This document shows positions 22,809-33,077 of a stretch of DNA of 64,000 bases, piece by piece. The stretch comes from an uncultured bacterium (lineage in GTDB: Bacteria > Eisenbacteria > RBG-16-71-46 > CAIMUX01 > WJJG01). Every line of letters starts with the position of its first letter. Within the stretch, counting starts at the first letter, position 1. The DNA is taken from the NCBI GenBank assembly GCA_964603725.1, contig CAZRWW010000001.1:69634-133633 (forward strand), in the 5' to 3' direction. Below the pieces are notes generated by a model. It was given only the letters and a program-made list of their open reading frames with translations. It did no database searches and had not been told where the DNA came from. A program made the position numbers and the translations under genes.

Positions 22809-24347
22809 ATGCTCAGGCGAGCAGGGTCCCGGATGGCAGCGGAGCTGACGGCGGCGGGGATCGTGGCGATCCTGTGGGCGGGGTGCGACAGCAGCGACCC
22901 TTGTAGCTGCGTCCAGGCCGATCGCACCCCTCCGGCGGCGATCACCGACCTGACGATCGAGGGGGGCGCGGCCGCGCACCTCGACTACTTCACCCTGCGC
23001 TGGACGGCCACCGGCGACGATCACGACGTCGGCACGGCGGCCGCGTACGACCTGCGCTACAGCCGCACCGAGATCGTCGGGGACACGGAATGGTCGCGGG
23101 CCACCGCGTTGACCGGGCTCCCCGCGCCCAGCGCAGCGGGCACGCCGGAAGCGCACGAGGTGCACGACCTGGCGCCGGGCACCTACTACTTCGCCCTCAA
23201 GGCGCGCGATGAGTTCGGCAACTGGTCGCTCAGGTCGAACAGCGTCTCGGGCGAGCTGGCCGCGCCGGCCGACACGATCCCGCCAGCGGCCATCGAGGAT
23301 TTGCGCCTGGACATCGCCGCGACGACCGCCACCAGCCTCAGACTGATCTGGACCGCCGCCGGCGACGACAGCACGACCGGCACGGCGGCGGCCTACGATG
23401 TGCGCTACAACACGACCGGCATCGCAGGCGAGCCCGACTGGGCGTCGGCGACCCAGGTGTCGCATCCGCCGGCCCCGGGCGCAGCCGGGACGACCGAGGG
23501 TCTGACAGTCGCGGGACTCGATCCCGGGACCCTGTATTACTTCGCCATCAAGGTCGTGGACGACGCCCAGCTAAGCTCCGCCCTGTCGAACGTGGCCTCC
23601 GGGGCCACGCTGGGATCGCGTCGCTGGCGCGTGAATCCGGATGGATCGGGGGACTTCACGCGGATCTCCCCCGCGATCGCGGCGGCCGCGGATCTCGACA
23701 CCATCGCGATCGCCGCCGGCGCCTACAGCGACACGCTGCTCATCAGCGGCAAGTCGCTGGTCCTTCTGGGCGCGGGGGCGGACCGCTGCGTCGTCTCGCA
23801 CCCGACGCAGTCCGAGCTCGTGCTCACGATCGAAGACGCGTCCGGCGTCCTCCTGCGGGGCCTGGCCTTCACGCAGCAGAGGACCGCGTGCAGCAACGCG
23901 GTTGTCATCCGGAACTCCCAGGCGGTCGTGTTCGAAGATTGCGCCCTGTACCACTGCGGGCTGACGTCCGAGGAGGAGTCGGAGGTTTCGCTGCTGCGTT
24001 GCACGCTCGACGGGCAATGCGAGTACCTCTGCGACATGGCGATCTCCCTGATCGAGATCTACTCGGGACAGGCTCGGTTCGAGAACTGCATTCTCTCCAC
24101 CCAGACGGGCGGATCCACGAAGATCACGTGCGGCGAGGCCACCGATCTGACGTTCAAGTGCTGCGACATCCTGGCCGAGCTGGACGGATGCGGGGATCCC
24201 CTCGGGCACGATGGCAACTTCGCCGCGGACCCCCTGTACGTCGACGCCCAGAACCGCGACTTCCGCCTGCAGCCGGGCTCGCCCTGCCTGGCCGGGGCCT
24301 CGCCCGCGGGATGCGGGCTGGTGGGCGCGTTCGGGGCGGCCGAGTAG
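22809..24347 (+). CDS. Secreted lipoprotein with two fibronectin-III-like repeats and a right-handed parallel beta-helix domain
   Basis: MLRRAGSRMAAELTAAGIVAILWAGC (signal plus lipobox). Two repeats of W(T/I)A(T/A)GDD...GTAAAYD(L/V)RY(S/N)...PGTYYFA(L/I)K. The C-terminus has beta-helix-like NAVVIRNSQAVVFEDCALYHCG... GGGAGGG lies 7 nt upstream of the ATG at 22809. The track ORF starts at 22539. Confidence 0.75.
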   Translation: MLRRAGSRMAAELTAAGIVAILWAGCDSSDPCSCVQADRTPPAAITDLTIEGGAAAHLDYFTLRWTATGDDHDVGTAAAYDLRYSRTEIVGDTEWSRATALTGLPAPSAAGTPEAHEVHDLAPGTYYFALKARDEFGNWSLRSNSVSGELAAPADTIPPAAIEDLRLDIAATTATSLRLIWTAAGDDSTTGTAAAYDVRYNTTGIAGEPDWASATQVSHPPAPGAAGTTEGLTVAGLDPGTLYYFAIKVVDDAQLSSALSNVASGATLGSRRWRVNPDGSGDFTRISPAIAAAADLDTIAIAAGAYSDTLLISGKSLVLLGAGADRCVVSHPTQSELVLTIEDASGVLLRGLAFTQQRTACSNAVVIRNSQAVVFEDCALYHCGLTSEEESEVSLLRCTLDGQCEYLCDMAISLIEIYSGQARFENCILSTQTGGSTKITCGEATDLTFKCCDILAELDGCGDPLGHDGNFAADPLYVDAQNRDFRLQPGSPCLAGASPAGCGLVGAFGAAE

Positions 24348-24350
24348 CCG

Positions 24351-25874
24351 TCAGGGGGCGCGGCGCCCGGTCTCCCCGCGCTCCGCGACGCGCTGATCGA
24401 CAGGCGCCCCCGCGGCGACGGGATCGCCCTGGCTCAGCGAGTCGATGAAGGCTTCCAGGGTCTGGGTCAGCACGCGATATCCATCCTGATTGGGCCACGG
24501 GCCCGATCCCGCGAACTCCCGCCGCAGGTAGTTGTGATCGCCGACCAGAGGCGCAAAGAGGTCGACAACCGGCCAGCCCATGCGTTCGCCGAGCTCCTTG
24601 AGACCCCGGTTCACCTTCGCGATGCGCCCCACATAGGTCCCAGCGGCCGAGTCCGACTCGGCCGCGATCGGGGGAATGGTGGCCAGAATGGGCAGGATCC
24701 CACAGTCCAGCACGGCCTCGCCGAGGATGCGCGTTTGGAGCAGAAGCTGCTGCGGCTTGACGACGTCGCGTAGCGGCGGCAACAGCACGAACTGCATGGG
24801 CACCAGCGAGACGACGTCCTGTTCGGCGCGCAGCATGAGCTGAATCATGTTCTGGCCGCTGATGGAACGATTGACGATGTTCTTCTCACGCAGCGCGCGC
24901 AGCAGCTTCCACTCGGCGCCCACGTCGGCGCCGTAGACGATCGTCAGCGCCCCGCGCCGGTAGCGGCCTTCCTGCATCAGCTTGAGGTTGGACTCGCGGA
25001 AATGGCTCACGTTGGCCGGATCCCTCGCGATTCGGCTCAGCTCCTCGATCCGCGTGCGGTACTCGTTCGCTTTCAGGACGGTGGCGAGACTGAGCGCCAA
25101 GGAGAGCACCGCGGCGGCCGTCATCACCGGAAGAGCCGTGGGGATCTTCCTGGGCGCGGGGGGCCTGAACGCCGGGAGACGACGGCGAGGGGCAGGATCA
25201 CGGTCCGGCGCGGGCGCGGAATCGGGCTCGGGCTCCTCGCCGGGCTCGAGCCCGGCGGGGGGCGCTGGCTCCTCGACAGGCTCGGCTGCAGCGAAGGGCG
25301 CTGGCTCCTCGTCGGGCTCGGCCTCGGCGGCGGGCGCTGGCTCCTCGTCGGGCTCGGCCTCGGCGGCGGGCCCTGGCTCGGCGACAGGCTCGGCTGCAGC
25401 GGTGGGCGCTGGCTCGGCGACAGGCTCGTCCTCGGCCGGAGGCTTGGCGCCGACTTCAGGCCCGGGCTCGGCCAGGATATCAATCCCGGCCAGCTCCTCG
25501 AGCTCGGCAATGACATCGGGGTCCAGGGCGGGCTCGGCCGCAGGCGGCTCCTCCATCGCCGGCGGCGCCTCGGCGGCCGCAGGCGGCTCCTCCACCGCCG
25601 GCGGCGCATCGGCGGCCAAAGGCGGCTCCTCCACCCCCGGCGGGGTCTCGGCCGCAGGCGGCTCCTCCACCGCCGGCGGCGCATCGGCGCCGGGTGACGG
25701 GCCGGCCTCGGGCGCGATGCCCTCGTCCAGCTTGGCCTCCGCGAGCGCCCGGATCATGTCATCCACAGCGGCCGGCGACTCTGCGTCGGCTCCCGCCGCA
25801 GGCGGGCCGCCTTCGGGCGGGATCGCTCCCTCGGAGCCCTCGGGGGGCCGGTCGATCTCGTTGGGCTCGGTCAC
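24351..25874 (-). CDS. Single-pass membrane protein with an N-terminal acidic Pro/Ala/Glu-rich repeat region and a C-terminal SGNH/GDSL-like (tentative) domain
   Basis: PPAVEEPPAAAEAPPAMEEPPAAE repeats encoded by 36-bp DNA repeats. TM helix ALPVMTAAAVLSLALSLATVL. A C-terminal domain of about 260 aa. GAGAGGA lies upstream of the ATG. Confidence 0.6.
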   Translation of the reverse strand: MTEPNEIDRPPEGSEGAIPPEGGPPAAGADAESPAAVDDMIRALAEAKLDEGIAPEAGPSPGADAPPAVEEPPAAETPPGVEEPPLAADAPPAVEEPPAAAEAPPAMEEPPAAEPALDPDVIAELEELAGIDILAEPGPEVGAKPPAEDEPVAEPAPTAAAEPVAEPGPAAEAEPDEEPAPAAEAEPDEEPAPFAAAEPVEEPAPPAGLEPGEEPEPDSAPAPDRDPAPRRRLPAFRPPAPRKIPTALPVMTAAAVLSLALSLATVLKANEYRTRIEELSRIARDPANVSHFRESNLKLMQEGRYRRGALTIVYGADVGAEWKLLRALREKNIVNRSISGQNMIQLMLRAEQDVVSLVPMQFVLLPPLRDVVKPQQLLLQTRILGEAVLDCGILPILATIPPIAAESDSAAGTYVGRIAKVNRGLKELGERMGWPVVDLFAPLVGDHNYLRREFAGSGPWPNQDGYRVLTQTLEAFIDSLSQGDPVAAGAPVDQRVAERGETGRRAP

Positions 25875-26206
25875 GCGTTCCTCTCAAGCTGGTCGCCCGG
25901 GCAGGCGCCCGGGGACTCTTCCCGGCCGCGTCCCACCGGGCCGGCGCCCGGGATTCCCCTGGGCCGGCGCTGGGGCGGACGCGACACAACGCCCGGTCTG
26001 ACTATCGGCATCGGGGAGGGCCATCATTCGAAGCCGCACCCGATCTTGATTCGCCCGGAGCGCCGGCCGGAATGCCGGCAGCAAACCCGCCAGAGGGTGC
26101 CGGGCGGACCGGCGCTGTGCTAGGTTGCAGCTGGCCGGCACCGCCGGCCGGGAGCTCGGGTGGCGCTCCCAACGCAGAGCGGCGGCAACTGGTTGGCGAG
26201 ATCAGC

Positions 26207-27428
26207 GATGAGAAGCTCACGGTGGCCGGAATCGGCCGGACGACTGATCGACCGGGCCGTGAACCTGCTCGATCAGGAAGGCCTCCGCATCCTGGACGAG
26301 GACGCCCGGCTGCTGCTGGACGCGAGCGGCGCCGTCCGCCAGGCGCGCCAGGAGCGCTTGCGCCTGCGCCCGGGGTTCGTGCGCAGATCTCTGCTGGACC
26401 TGCCCGCCGCTTTCAGCCTCTACGATCGCGATGGGAGGCGGGCGTGCTCTGTGGCGGGCGGATTCGTCCCCGGCCGGCTGATGACCCTGCACGCCACACT
26501 CACCAGCGCCCGGGCCCTCGGGGCCGGCCAGACACCGGAGTCGAGCGCGCCCCACCCCGGAGCGCGGCTGCCGGGCAGCGTCGCGGAAGGCATCGGCGCC
26601 TTCGATCTGGTGGGCTGTGCCCCTCCGCTGGAGGAGACGAACGCGACCCACGGCTACTTGCACCGGCTCTTCACGAATCTGATCGCGGCCCCGCGGCCGC
26701 AGCTCATGCGCCCGAGCGCGGCGGGCGTCCTGGACGGCCTGGGGCGCTTCCTGGCCAGGCTCCGCGGCTCCCAGGAAGCGGCCGAGGCCAGGCCGTACGT
26801 CATCTGCGAAGCTGTCGCCGACGGCCCGCTGTCCTGGGGGGAAGCGGCGGCCCGCGAGATCGTGCAGGCCGCCCGCCAGGGCGTGCCGGTGGCGCCTGTC
26901 GCCGGCCCGCCGGCGGAGGAGGAGGAACTCGATCGGTGGGTGATCGAGGCCACTGCCGGTCTCCTGGGCGCCCTGGTGCTGAACCGCTGCGGGCGTCGCG
27001 GCGCGCCCGTCCTCTGGGGGGTGCCCCTGCCGCAGCTCTTCAGCCGTCGGCCGGAGACGGTGGTGGCCCTGCGACTCCTGCTGGAGGCCGGCCGCGAGAT
27101 CGGCGTTCCCACCCTCGCCACGGTCGTCCCGGCGGATGATGATCGGGCCGGTCCGAGCCCCGGCGAGCTTGCCCCGCTCTGGGCGGCGCAGGCGGCCGCC
27201 CAGGGCGCCGCCATCGTGGCCTGGGGCGGCCTCGGTGACGAGGGCCGTACGCTCGACCTGGGGCGGCTGGCCCATCACGCGCGTCAGGTCCCCGCCCTGC
27301 GCCAGGTCCTCGGTGATGCCGCCCCATGGTCCCCGCCGTCACCCCGCGACCCGGGCCCGGTCGACCCCGCGCTCCTGCAAGCGCTGGCGGACGTCGTGCG
27401 CGACGCATCGTTGGAGACACGAGATTGA
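26207..27428 (+). CDS. MttB-superfamily (trimethylamine/glycine-betaine methyltransferase-like) protein, tentative
   Basis: The N-terminus RLIDRAVNLLDQEGLRILDEDARLLLDASGAVRQ...RLRPGFVRRSL resembles the MttB N-terminal region. There is no corrinoid partner nearby. Its stop overlaps the next gene's TTG start. Confidence 0.4.
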
Positions 27429-28360
27429 TCATCGGTTGTACAGCGGACTTGCACTACGGCATCACCGCCGCTGTGTCCCGGCGGGTGGAGTCCTTCCTCG
27501 AGCGCGTGGTGGCGCCCGCGGGGCTAGACGTGCTCCTCATCGCGGGCGATGTGGCCGAAACGGGCGGGCTCTCGTACGCCGAGGTCGGGCGGCATCACGA
27601 GCGCCTGCTGACCCTGGCGCGCGATGCCGCCGGCTGCCCGGTCGCCTTCTGCGCCGGCAACCACGACATCTGGACGACCGATCCGTGGCTCGACTCCGCC
27701 ACGATTCACGAGCAGCTGCTCGCGGACGCGGGCGCCCGCGCCGGTGCGACCTATCTCGACGGCGGCAACCTGACCGTGGGCGAGGTCGTGATCGCGGGGT
27801 GCTACGGTCATTACGATTACTCCCTGCGGACGCCGAACCTCGTGTTCAACGGCCAGGCGGTGACCGACGAGCACTACCGCGCGCAGCGCCTGCCGGGCGG
27901 CGCCGACGTCGTCTGGATGGACGCGCTGCGCATCCATTGGGGATGGAACGACGAGCAGGCGTGCGCGCTCATCTGCGACGCGGGCCGGCGGCGCGTCGAG
28001 GCGGGACTGGCCGAGCGCCGGGATCTCGTTCTGGTCTCGCACACCGTGCCGCGGGCGGAGGTCAACGGCCACACCGGCAGCCGGCAGCCGGTGAGTCTCT
28101 TCTTGAACGCCTTCAGCGGCACGCTGCGGCTCGAGGAGATCCTGCGGCAGGCCGCGGCGCGGGGTGGCCGCGTGCTGTCGGTCTCGGGGCACACGCACCT
28201 GCGCGTGCCCCCCACGGCGATCGACGGTCGCGAGTATCTCAACGTCGGAGGCAACTACGGCGCGCCGCGCCTCGAGATCCTGCACTGGCCGGAACGGCAG
28301 AGGGCGTGTACCGTTGCGGCGAGCGCGCAGCCGGCGCCGCCGGCGGACGGCGGTCGCTGA
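27424..28360 (+). CDS. Metallophosphoesterase (calcineurin-like)
   Basis: Motifs GCTADLHYG, GDVAETG, GNHD and SGHTH. A proposed TTG start overlaps the upstream TGA (gaTTGAtc). The track ORF starts at 27326 in frame. Confidence 0.8.
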
Positions 28361-28409
28361 GCGGGCAGGGGGCGAGCCGCCGGCGGGTGGCCAGCGCCCA
28401 GAGGTCCGG

Positions 28410-29363
28410 ATGCCCACGGGAGGTGCGATGCCGCCGTTGTTGAGGATCCCGCCGCGAGCTGGTCCGGCCGGATTGCTGGCGCGCGGTGACAACCTGGCGC
28501 TGCTGGCGGCGCTGCCGGCCGGATCGGTCGATCTCGTCGTGACCGACCCGCCCTTCTTCACCGGCCGCTGGCGCACGGCGCCGGGCGCCTCGCGCGCGCG
28601 CCCCACCGCGCCGGCCGCGGGGATGGGATTTGACGACCGCTGGGCCAGCCTGGCCGCCTATCTGGAGTTCCTGCGACCGCGTCTGACCGCTATCCACCGG
28701 GTGCTCGCGCCGCGCGGATCGGCTGTGCTGCACCTGGACTACCGCGTGGTGCACGACGTCAAGCTGGAGATGGACCGCATCTTCGGGCGCGAGCGCTTCA
28801 TCAACGAGATCATCTGGCATTACACCGGCGGCGGGCGTTCGCGGCGCTGCTTCTCCCGCAAGCACGACACGTTGCTCTGGTATGCGCGCGGCCGGCAGTG
28901 GACCTTTCACATCGATGCCGTGCGGCAGCCGTACAAGCCCACCAGCGGCTACGCCCGCGGCGGCATCGTCGGGCCCAGCGGCAAGCATTACCGCCCGCAC
29001 CCGGACGGCACGCCGGCCGACGACGTATGGGATATCCCGATGGTGAATCCCCTTTCGCCTGAGCGCTGCGGCTTTCCGACCCAGAAGCCCGAGCGCCTGC
29101 TCGAGCGGATCATCCTGGCCCTGAGCAGTCCGGGCGATGTGGTGCTCGATCCGTTCTGCGGCAGCGGCACGACGGCGGTCGTCGCGCAGCGGCACGCGCG
29201 GCGGTGGATCGCCTGCGACGCGACCGCCGCGGCCGTCGCTGCCACGGAGCGGCGCCTGCGGAGACTGCCGGCCTCCCCGGGCGGTTCGGCGACGGCACCG
29301 CCCTTCGTCAAGGTCGCCCTGGCCGGCGACGGGCGAGCCAAGGAGCTGCCGTGGAGCCGTTGA
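28410..29363 (+). CDS. DNA methyltransferase, N4/N6 beta-class (PF01555-like), orphan
   Basis: Motif IV VVTDPPFF precedes motif I DPFCGSGTT. No adjacent endonuclease. ATG at 28410 has AGAGG upstream; the alternative ATG at 28428 has GGGAGG upstream. Confidence 0.85.
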   Translation: MPTGGAMPPLLRIPPRAGPAGLLARGDNLALLAALPAGSVDLVVTDPPFFTGRWRTAPGASRARPTAPAAGMGFDDRWASLAAYLEFLRPRLTAIHRVLAPRGSAVLHLDYRVVHDVKLEMDRIFGRERFINEIIWHYTGGGRSRRCFSRKHDTLLWYARGRQWTFHIDAVRQPYKPTSGYARGGIVGPSGKHYRPHPDGTPADDVWDIPMVNPLSPERCGFPTQKPERLLERIILALSSPGDVVLDPFCGSGTTAVVAQRHARRWIACDATAAAVAATERRLRRLPASPGGSATAPPFVKVALAGDGRAKELPWSR

Positions 29364-31144
29364 TCCTCGCCCTGATCATCGCCGGCAGCCTGGCGTTGTT
29401 CGTCTCCCGGCTGGTGCCCTACGAGATCACCGCGATCCTGATCGTCACCGCCTTGGCGGCCAGCGGCATCCTGAGTCCGGCCGAGGCTCTGCTGGGGTTC
29501 TCGAGCACCGCCACCATCACGATCGCGGCGATGTTCGTGGTGGGCGCGGGCCTGGGGCGCACCGGGGCGGTGGACGCGCTCGCCGCGGGCTTGTCCCGCC
29601 GCGCCCCCCGGAGCCTGACCAAGCTGCTCCTCATGCTGGCCGGCATCGTGGGTCTGACCAGCGCCTTCGTCAACAACACGCCGGTGGTCGTGATCATGGT
29701 GCCCGTGCTGCTCAGCATCTGCCGGAAGGGCTGGGTCCTCCCGAGCCGGCTGTTCTTGCCGATGAGCTACTTTGCGATCCTCGGCGGGACGTGCACGCTC
29801 ATCGGCACGAGCACCAACATCCTGATCGACGACCTCTTTCGCCGGGCCGGCGGACCGGGCTTCCACATCTTCGACTTCACGCCGGTGGGCGTCGTCTACC
29901 TGATCGTGGGCGTCCTGGCCGTCGTCCTGTTGGCTCGGCACACGCTGCCCGAACGAGCGTCGCTGGCGAGCCTGATCCCCGCTGAACGCAAGGCGCGCTT
30001 CGTCACCGAGCTGGTGGTGACGCCTGCGGCCCCGATCGCTCATCGTCGCGTGGGAGAGATCTTCAAGCCCGACAGCCCGGTGCGGCTGTTGGAGCTGATC
30101 CGCGGCGAGGAGATCTTCCTGGCCGGGCGCGCCGGCGAGCAACAGCTCCAGCCGGACGACGCCCTCATCGTGGAGGGCACCCCGCAGGAGATATCCGCGT
30201 TCCTGTCGCGCTTCGCCGGCGTCGAGCTGGCTTCCGTCGTCGAGGACGAGCAGCGGGTCCCGATGAAGACGCTGCAGCTCAGGCTCGTCGAGGCCGTGGT
30301 CCTGCCCGATGCGCCCTTCGTCGGCCGCTACGTGCGTGATCTCGGCCTCAACCGGCTCTACGGCGTCAAGGTCATGGCGGTTCAGCGCCACGGCCGGCAG
30401 CACCGTTACCAGATCCGCGCCATGCGCCTGCACGGCGGCGATGTCATGCTGCTCCAGGCGGACGACCACGGCCTGGCGGCGCTGCGCGAGCAGGGCGCCC
30501 TGATGATCGTCGAGGGCGTGGAAGAGACCGTTCACCTCCGCCGCAAGCTGCCCATCGCGGTGGCCATCATGGCCGCGCTCGTCATCGCCACCGGGTTCTT
30601 CCGCGTCCCGCTGGTGGTGGCCGCCCTGCTGGGCGCGGCTCTGATGGTGATGACGCGCTGTCTGCGCATGGACGAGGCGGTCCGGTCGCTGGATTTCTCC
30701 ACGCTGCTGCTCCTGGCGGGGACGATTCCCCTGGGCGTCGCGATGCTGAAGACCGGGCTGGCCCCCGTCATCGTCCGGGCGACCCTGGACCTGGTGGGCC
30801 ACTCGCCGCCCTGGGTGCTGCTCTCCACCTTGTACATCATCACGGGGATCCTGACCGCCTTTCTCTCGAATCACGCCGCGGCCGTGTTGCTGACGCCGAT
30901 CGCCATCGACATGGCCGCCCGGCTCGGCCTCGATCCGCGGCCACTGCTCATCGCCGTGGCGTTCGGCGCCAGCGCCTGCTTCAGCACGCCGATCGGCTAT
31001 CAGACCAATGCCATCGTCATGGGGCCCGGCGGTTACACGTTCAGCGACTATCTGCGGATCGGGCTCCCGCTGACGCTGATCATGTGGATCACCGCAACGG
31101 TTCTGATCCCCCTGTTCTGGCCGCTGGCCCCCGTCGGGCCGTGA
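29351..31144 (+). CDS. SLC13/DASS-family anion permease with two internal TrkA-C domains
   Basis: VEPLILALIIAGSLALFV... with multiple TM helices and a central soluble RCK-C-like pair (ELIRGEEIFLAGRAG...LHGGDVMLLQADDHG). GTG start with AGGAG upstream. Overlaps the methyltransferase end by 13 nt. Confidence 0.85.
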   Translation: MEPLILALIIAGSLALFVSRLVPYEITAILIVTALAASGILSPAEALLGFSSTATITIAAMFVVGAGLGRTGAVDALAAGLSRRAPRSLTKLLLMLAGIVGLTSAFVNNTPVVVIMVPVLLSICRKGWVLPSRLFLPMSYFAILGGTCTLIGTSTNILIDDLFRRAGGPGFHIFDFTPVGVVYLIVGVLAVVLLARHTLPERASLASLIPAERKARFVTELVVTPAAPIAHRRVGEIFKPDSPVRLLELIRGEEIFLAGRAGEQQLQPDDALIVEGTPQEISAFLSRFAGVELASVVEDEQRVPMKTLQLRLVEAVVLPDAPFVGRYVRDLGLNRLYGVKVMAVQRHGRQHRYQIRAMRLHGGDVMLLQADDHGLAALREQGALMIVEGVEETVHLRRKLPIAVAIMAALVIATGFFRVPLVVAALLGAALMVMTRCLRMDEAVRSLDFSTLLLLAGTIPLGVAMLKTGLAPVIVRATLDLVGHSPPWVLLSTLYIITGILTAFLSNHAAAVLLTPIAIDMAARLGLDPRPLLIAVAFGASACFSTPIGYQTNAIVMGPGGYTFSDYLRIGLPLTLIMWITATVLIPLFWPLAPVGP

Positions 31145-31205
31145 ACCGCGCCCGGGCGCCGGCGGCGGCGAGAGCGCGCCCGGGTCGTTCAGAGGAGGAC
31201 CCATC

Positions 31206-31790
31206 ATGTCGGACAGAGCCAAGATCCTGGCCCTGGCGGGCAGCACGCGCGAGGGATCGTACAACCGGCGCCTGCTGGCGGCGGCCGTCCGGGGAGCCGC
31301 GGACGCCGGGGCCGCGGTCACCCTGATCGACCTGCGAGACTACCCGCTGCCCCTTTACGACGCCGACCTCGAGTCCCGCGAGGGGCTGCCGGCGGCGGCG
31401 CAAGCCCTGAAGGACCTGCTCCTGGAGCATCAGGGCCTGCTCATCGCCGCGCCCGAGTATAACGGCTCGATCAGCGGGGTGCTCAAGAACGCGCTCGATT
31501 GGGCATCGCGCCCCGCGGAGCGCGGCAGCGGCCTGGAGGGCTTCCGCGGCAAGGTGGTCGCGCTGCTGAGCGCCTCCACCGGGCGCTGGGGCGGCGCGCG
31601 CGGGCTGGCCCACGTGCGCGACATTCTCGGGATCATCGGCTGCCTGGTCTTGGCCGATCAGATCACGATCTCGTTCGCCGGCAAGTCGTTCACGGAGGCC
31701 GGCGAGCTCGCCGACCCGAAGGAGCGCGAGCGCGCCGAGGCGCTGGGCGCCGCGCTGGCGCGGACCATCGCGCGCCTGCACGGCGCTTAG
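31206..31790 (+). CDS. NAD(P)H-dependent FMN reductase (SsuE/ChrR/YieF-like)
   Basis: MSDRAKILALAGSTREGSYNRRLL...IAAPEYNGSISGVLKNALDWAS. Confidence 0.9.
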   Translation: MSDRAKILALAGSTREGSYNRRLLAAAVRGAADAGAAVTLIDLRDYPLPLYDADLESREGLPAAAQALKDLLLEHQGLLIAAPEYNGSISGVLKNALDWASRPAERGSGLEGFRGKVVALLSASTGRWGGARGLAHVRDILGIIGCLVLADQITISFAGKSFTEAGELADPKERERAEALGAALARTIARLHGA

Positions 31791-31838
31791 TCGCTGCGGA
31801 GCCCCGATGGACGCCCGGGAGGGGGGAAGGAGCTTCAC

Positions 31839-33077
31839 ATGGCGAACCTGATCACGCAGAAGCTGGCCCAGGCGGCGGCGCTGGTCGCGGCCAGCGACGC
31901 CGACATCTGGATGACCTTTGTCCGCGAGACGGCGGAGGCCGGTGATCCCGTGCTGCCGTTGATCCTCGCGGGCGGACTCACCTGGCAGAGCGCGCTGATC
32001 ATCGCCCGCGACGGCCGGCGCGTCGCCGTGGTCGGGAACTTCGACGCCGACCCCTTGCGCGCCGCGGGCCACTGGGATGAGGTCGTGCCCTATGTGCAAG
32101 GCATTCGCGACCCGCTGCTCGAGGTTCTCGGGAGGCTCGTCCCGCCCGATCGGGCGCAGCCGCGCATCGCGGTCAACTTCTCCACCGACGATCCCAAGGC
32201 CGACGGGTTGACCCACGGCATGTACCGTCTGCTCGAGGGCTATCTGGCCGGCACGCGCTTCGCCGGCAGCCTCGTGTGCGCCGAGTCGATCGCCTCGCCG
32301 CTCCGGTCGTGCAAGATCCCGGAGGAGGTCGCGCGGATTCGAGCGGCGATTGCCGCCACCGAGGAGATCTTCACCCAGGTGGCGGCCTTCGCCCGTCCGG
32401 GCCGGACCGAGCGGGAGATCTACGATTTCGTGCAGGCGCGGATCGACGAGCGGGGGCTGGGGTACGGCTGGGATCGCGCCGGCAACCCGATCGTCAACAC
32501 CGGCCCCGATTCGATGGTGGGCCACGGCATTCCCTCGGAGACGATCGCCGTGGCGCCGGGGCACATCCTGCACATGGACCTGGGTGTCATCGTGGCCGGT
32601 TACAGCTCCGACATCCAGCGCTGCTGGTATGTGCCGCGCCAGGGCGAAACGGACCTGCCCGCCGAAATCGAGCGCGCCCGCGCGGCGGTGGCCGGCGCCA
32701 TTCAAGCCGGCGCGCGGGCGCTCGCGCCGGGCGCGGAGGGCTGGCAAGTCGATCAGGCCGCCCGCGACTACCTCGTCGCGCGGGGCTACCCCGAGTACCT
32801 GCATGCGCTGGGGCACCAAGTCGGACGCCGGGCGCACGATGGCGGCGGGATTCTGGGGCCGCGCTGGGAGCGCTACGGCCGCACGCCCACCCTGCCCGTG
32901 CTGGCGGGGCAGGTCTACACCCTGGAGCTGGGCGTCATGGTCCCGGGCTGCGGCTACCTGGGCCTCGAGGAGATGGTGCTGGTCACGCGCGGGGGCTGCG
33001 ACTGGCTGACGCAACCCCCGCGCGGGCTGCCGCTGCTGGGCCGGAGCTTGTCCGAACCACCGGCCCCGCGCGGCTAG
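31839..33077 (+). CDS. M24 family metallopeptidase (Xaa-Pro aminopeptidase/prolidase-like)
   Basis: Pita-bread fold motifs [27 protein letters not shown] and [22 protein letters not shown]. Confidence 0.9.
   Translation: MANLITQKLAQAAALVAASDADIWMTFVRETAEAGDPVLPLILAGGLTWQSALIIARDGRRVAVVGNFDADPLRAAGHWDEVVPYVQGIRDPLLEVLGRLVPPDRAQPRIAVNFSTDDPKADGLTHGMYRLLEGYLAGTRFAGSLVCAESIASPLRSCKIPEEVARIRAAIAATEEIFTQVAAFARPGRTEREIYDFVQARIDERGLGYGWDRAGNPIVNTGPDSMVGHGIPSETIAVAPGHILHMDLGVIVAGYSSDIQRCWYVPRQGETDLPAEIERARAAVAGAIQAGARALAPGAEGWQVDQAARDYLVARGYPEYLHALGHQVGRRAHDGGGILGPRWERYGRTPTLPVLAGQVYTLELGVMVPGCGYLGLEEMVLVTRGGCDWLTQPPRGLPLLGRSLSEPPAPRG

Noticed and set aside
29204-29350. Upstream extension of the permease ORF starting at 29204
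   Set aside because: It overlaps the methyltransferase in another frame and encodes Arg-rich sequence. GTG at 29351 with AGGAG upstream gives a normal N-terminal TM start.
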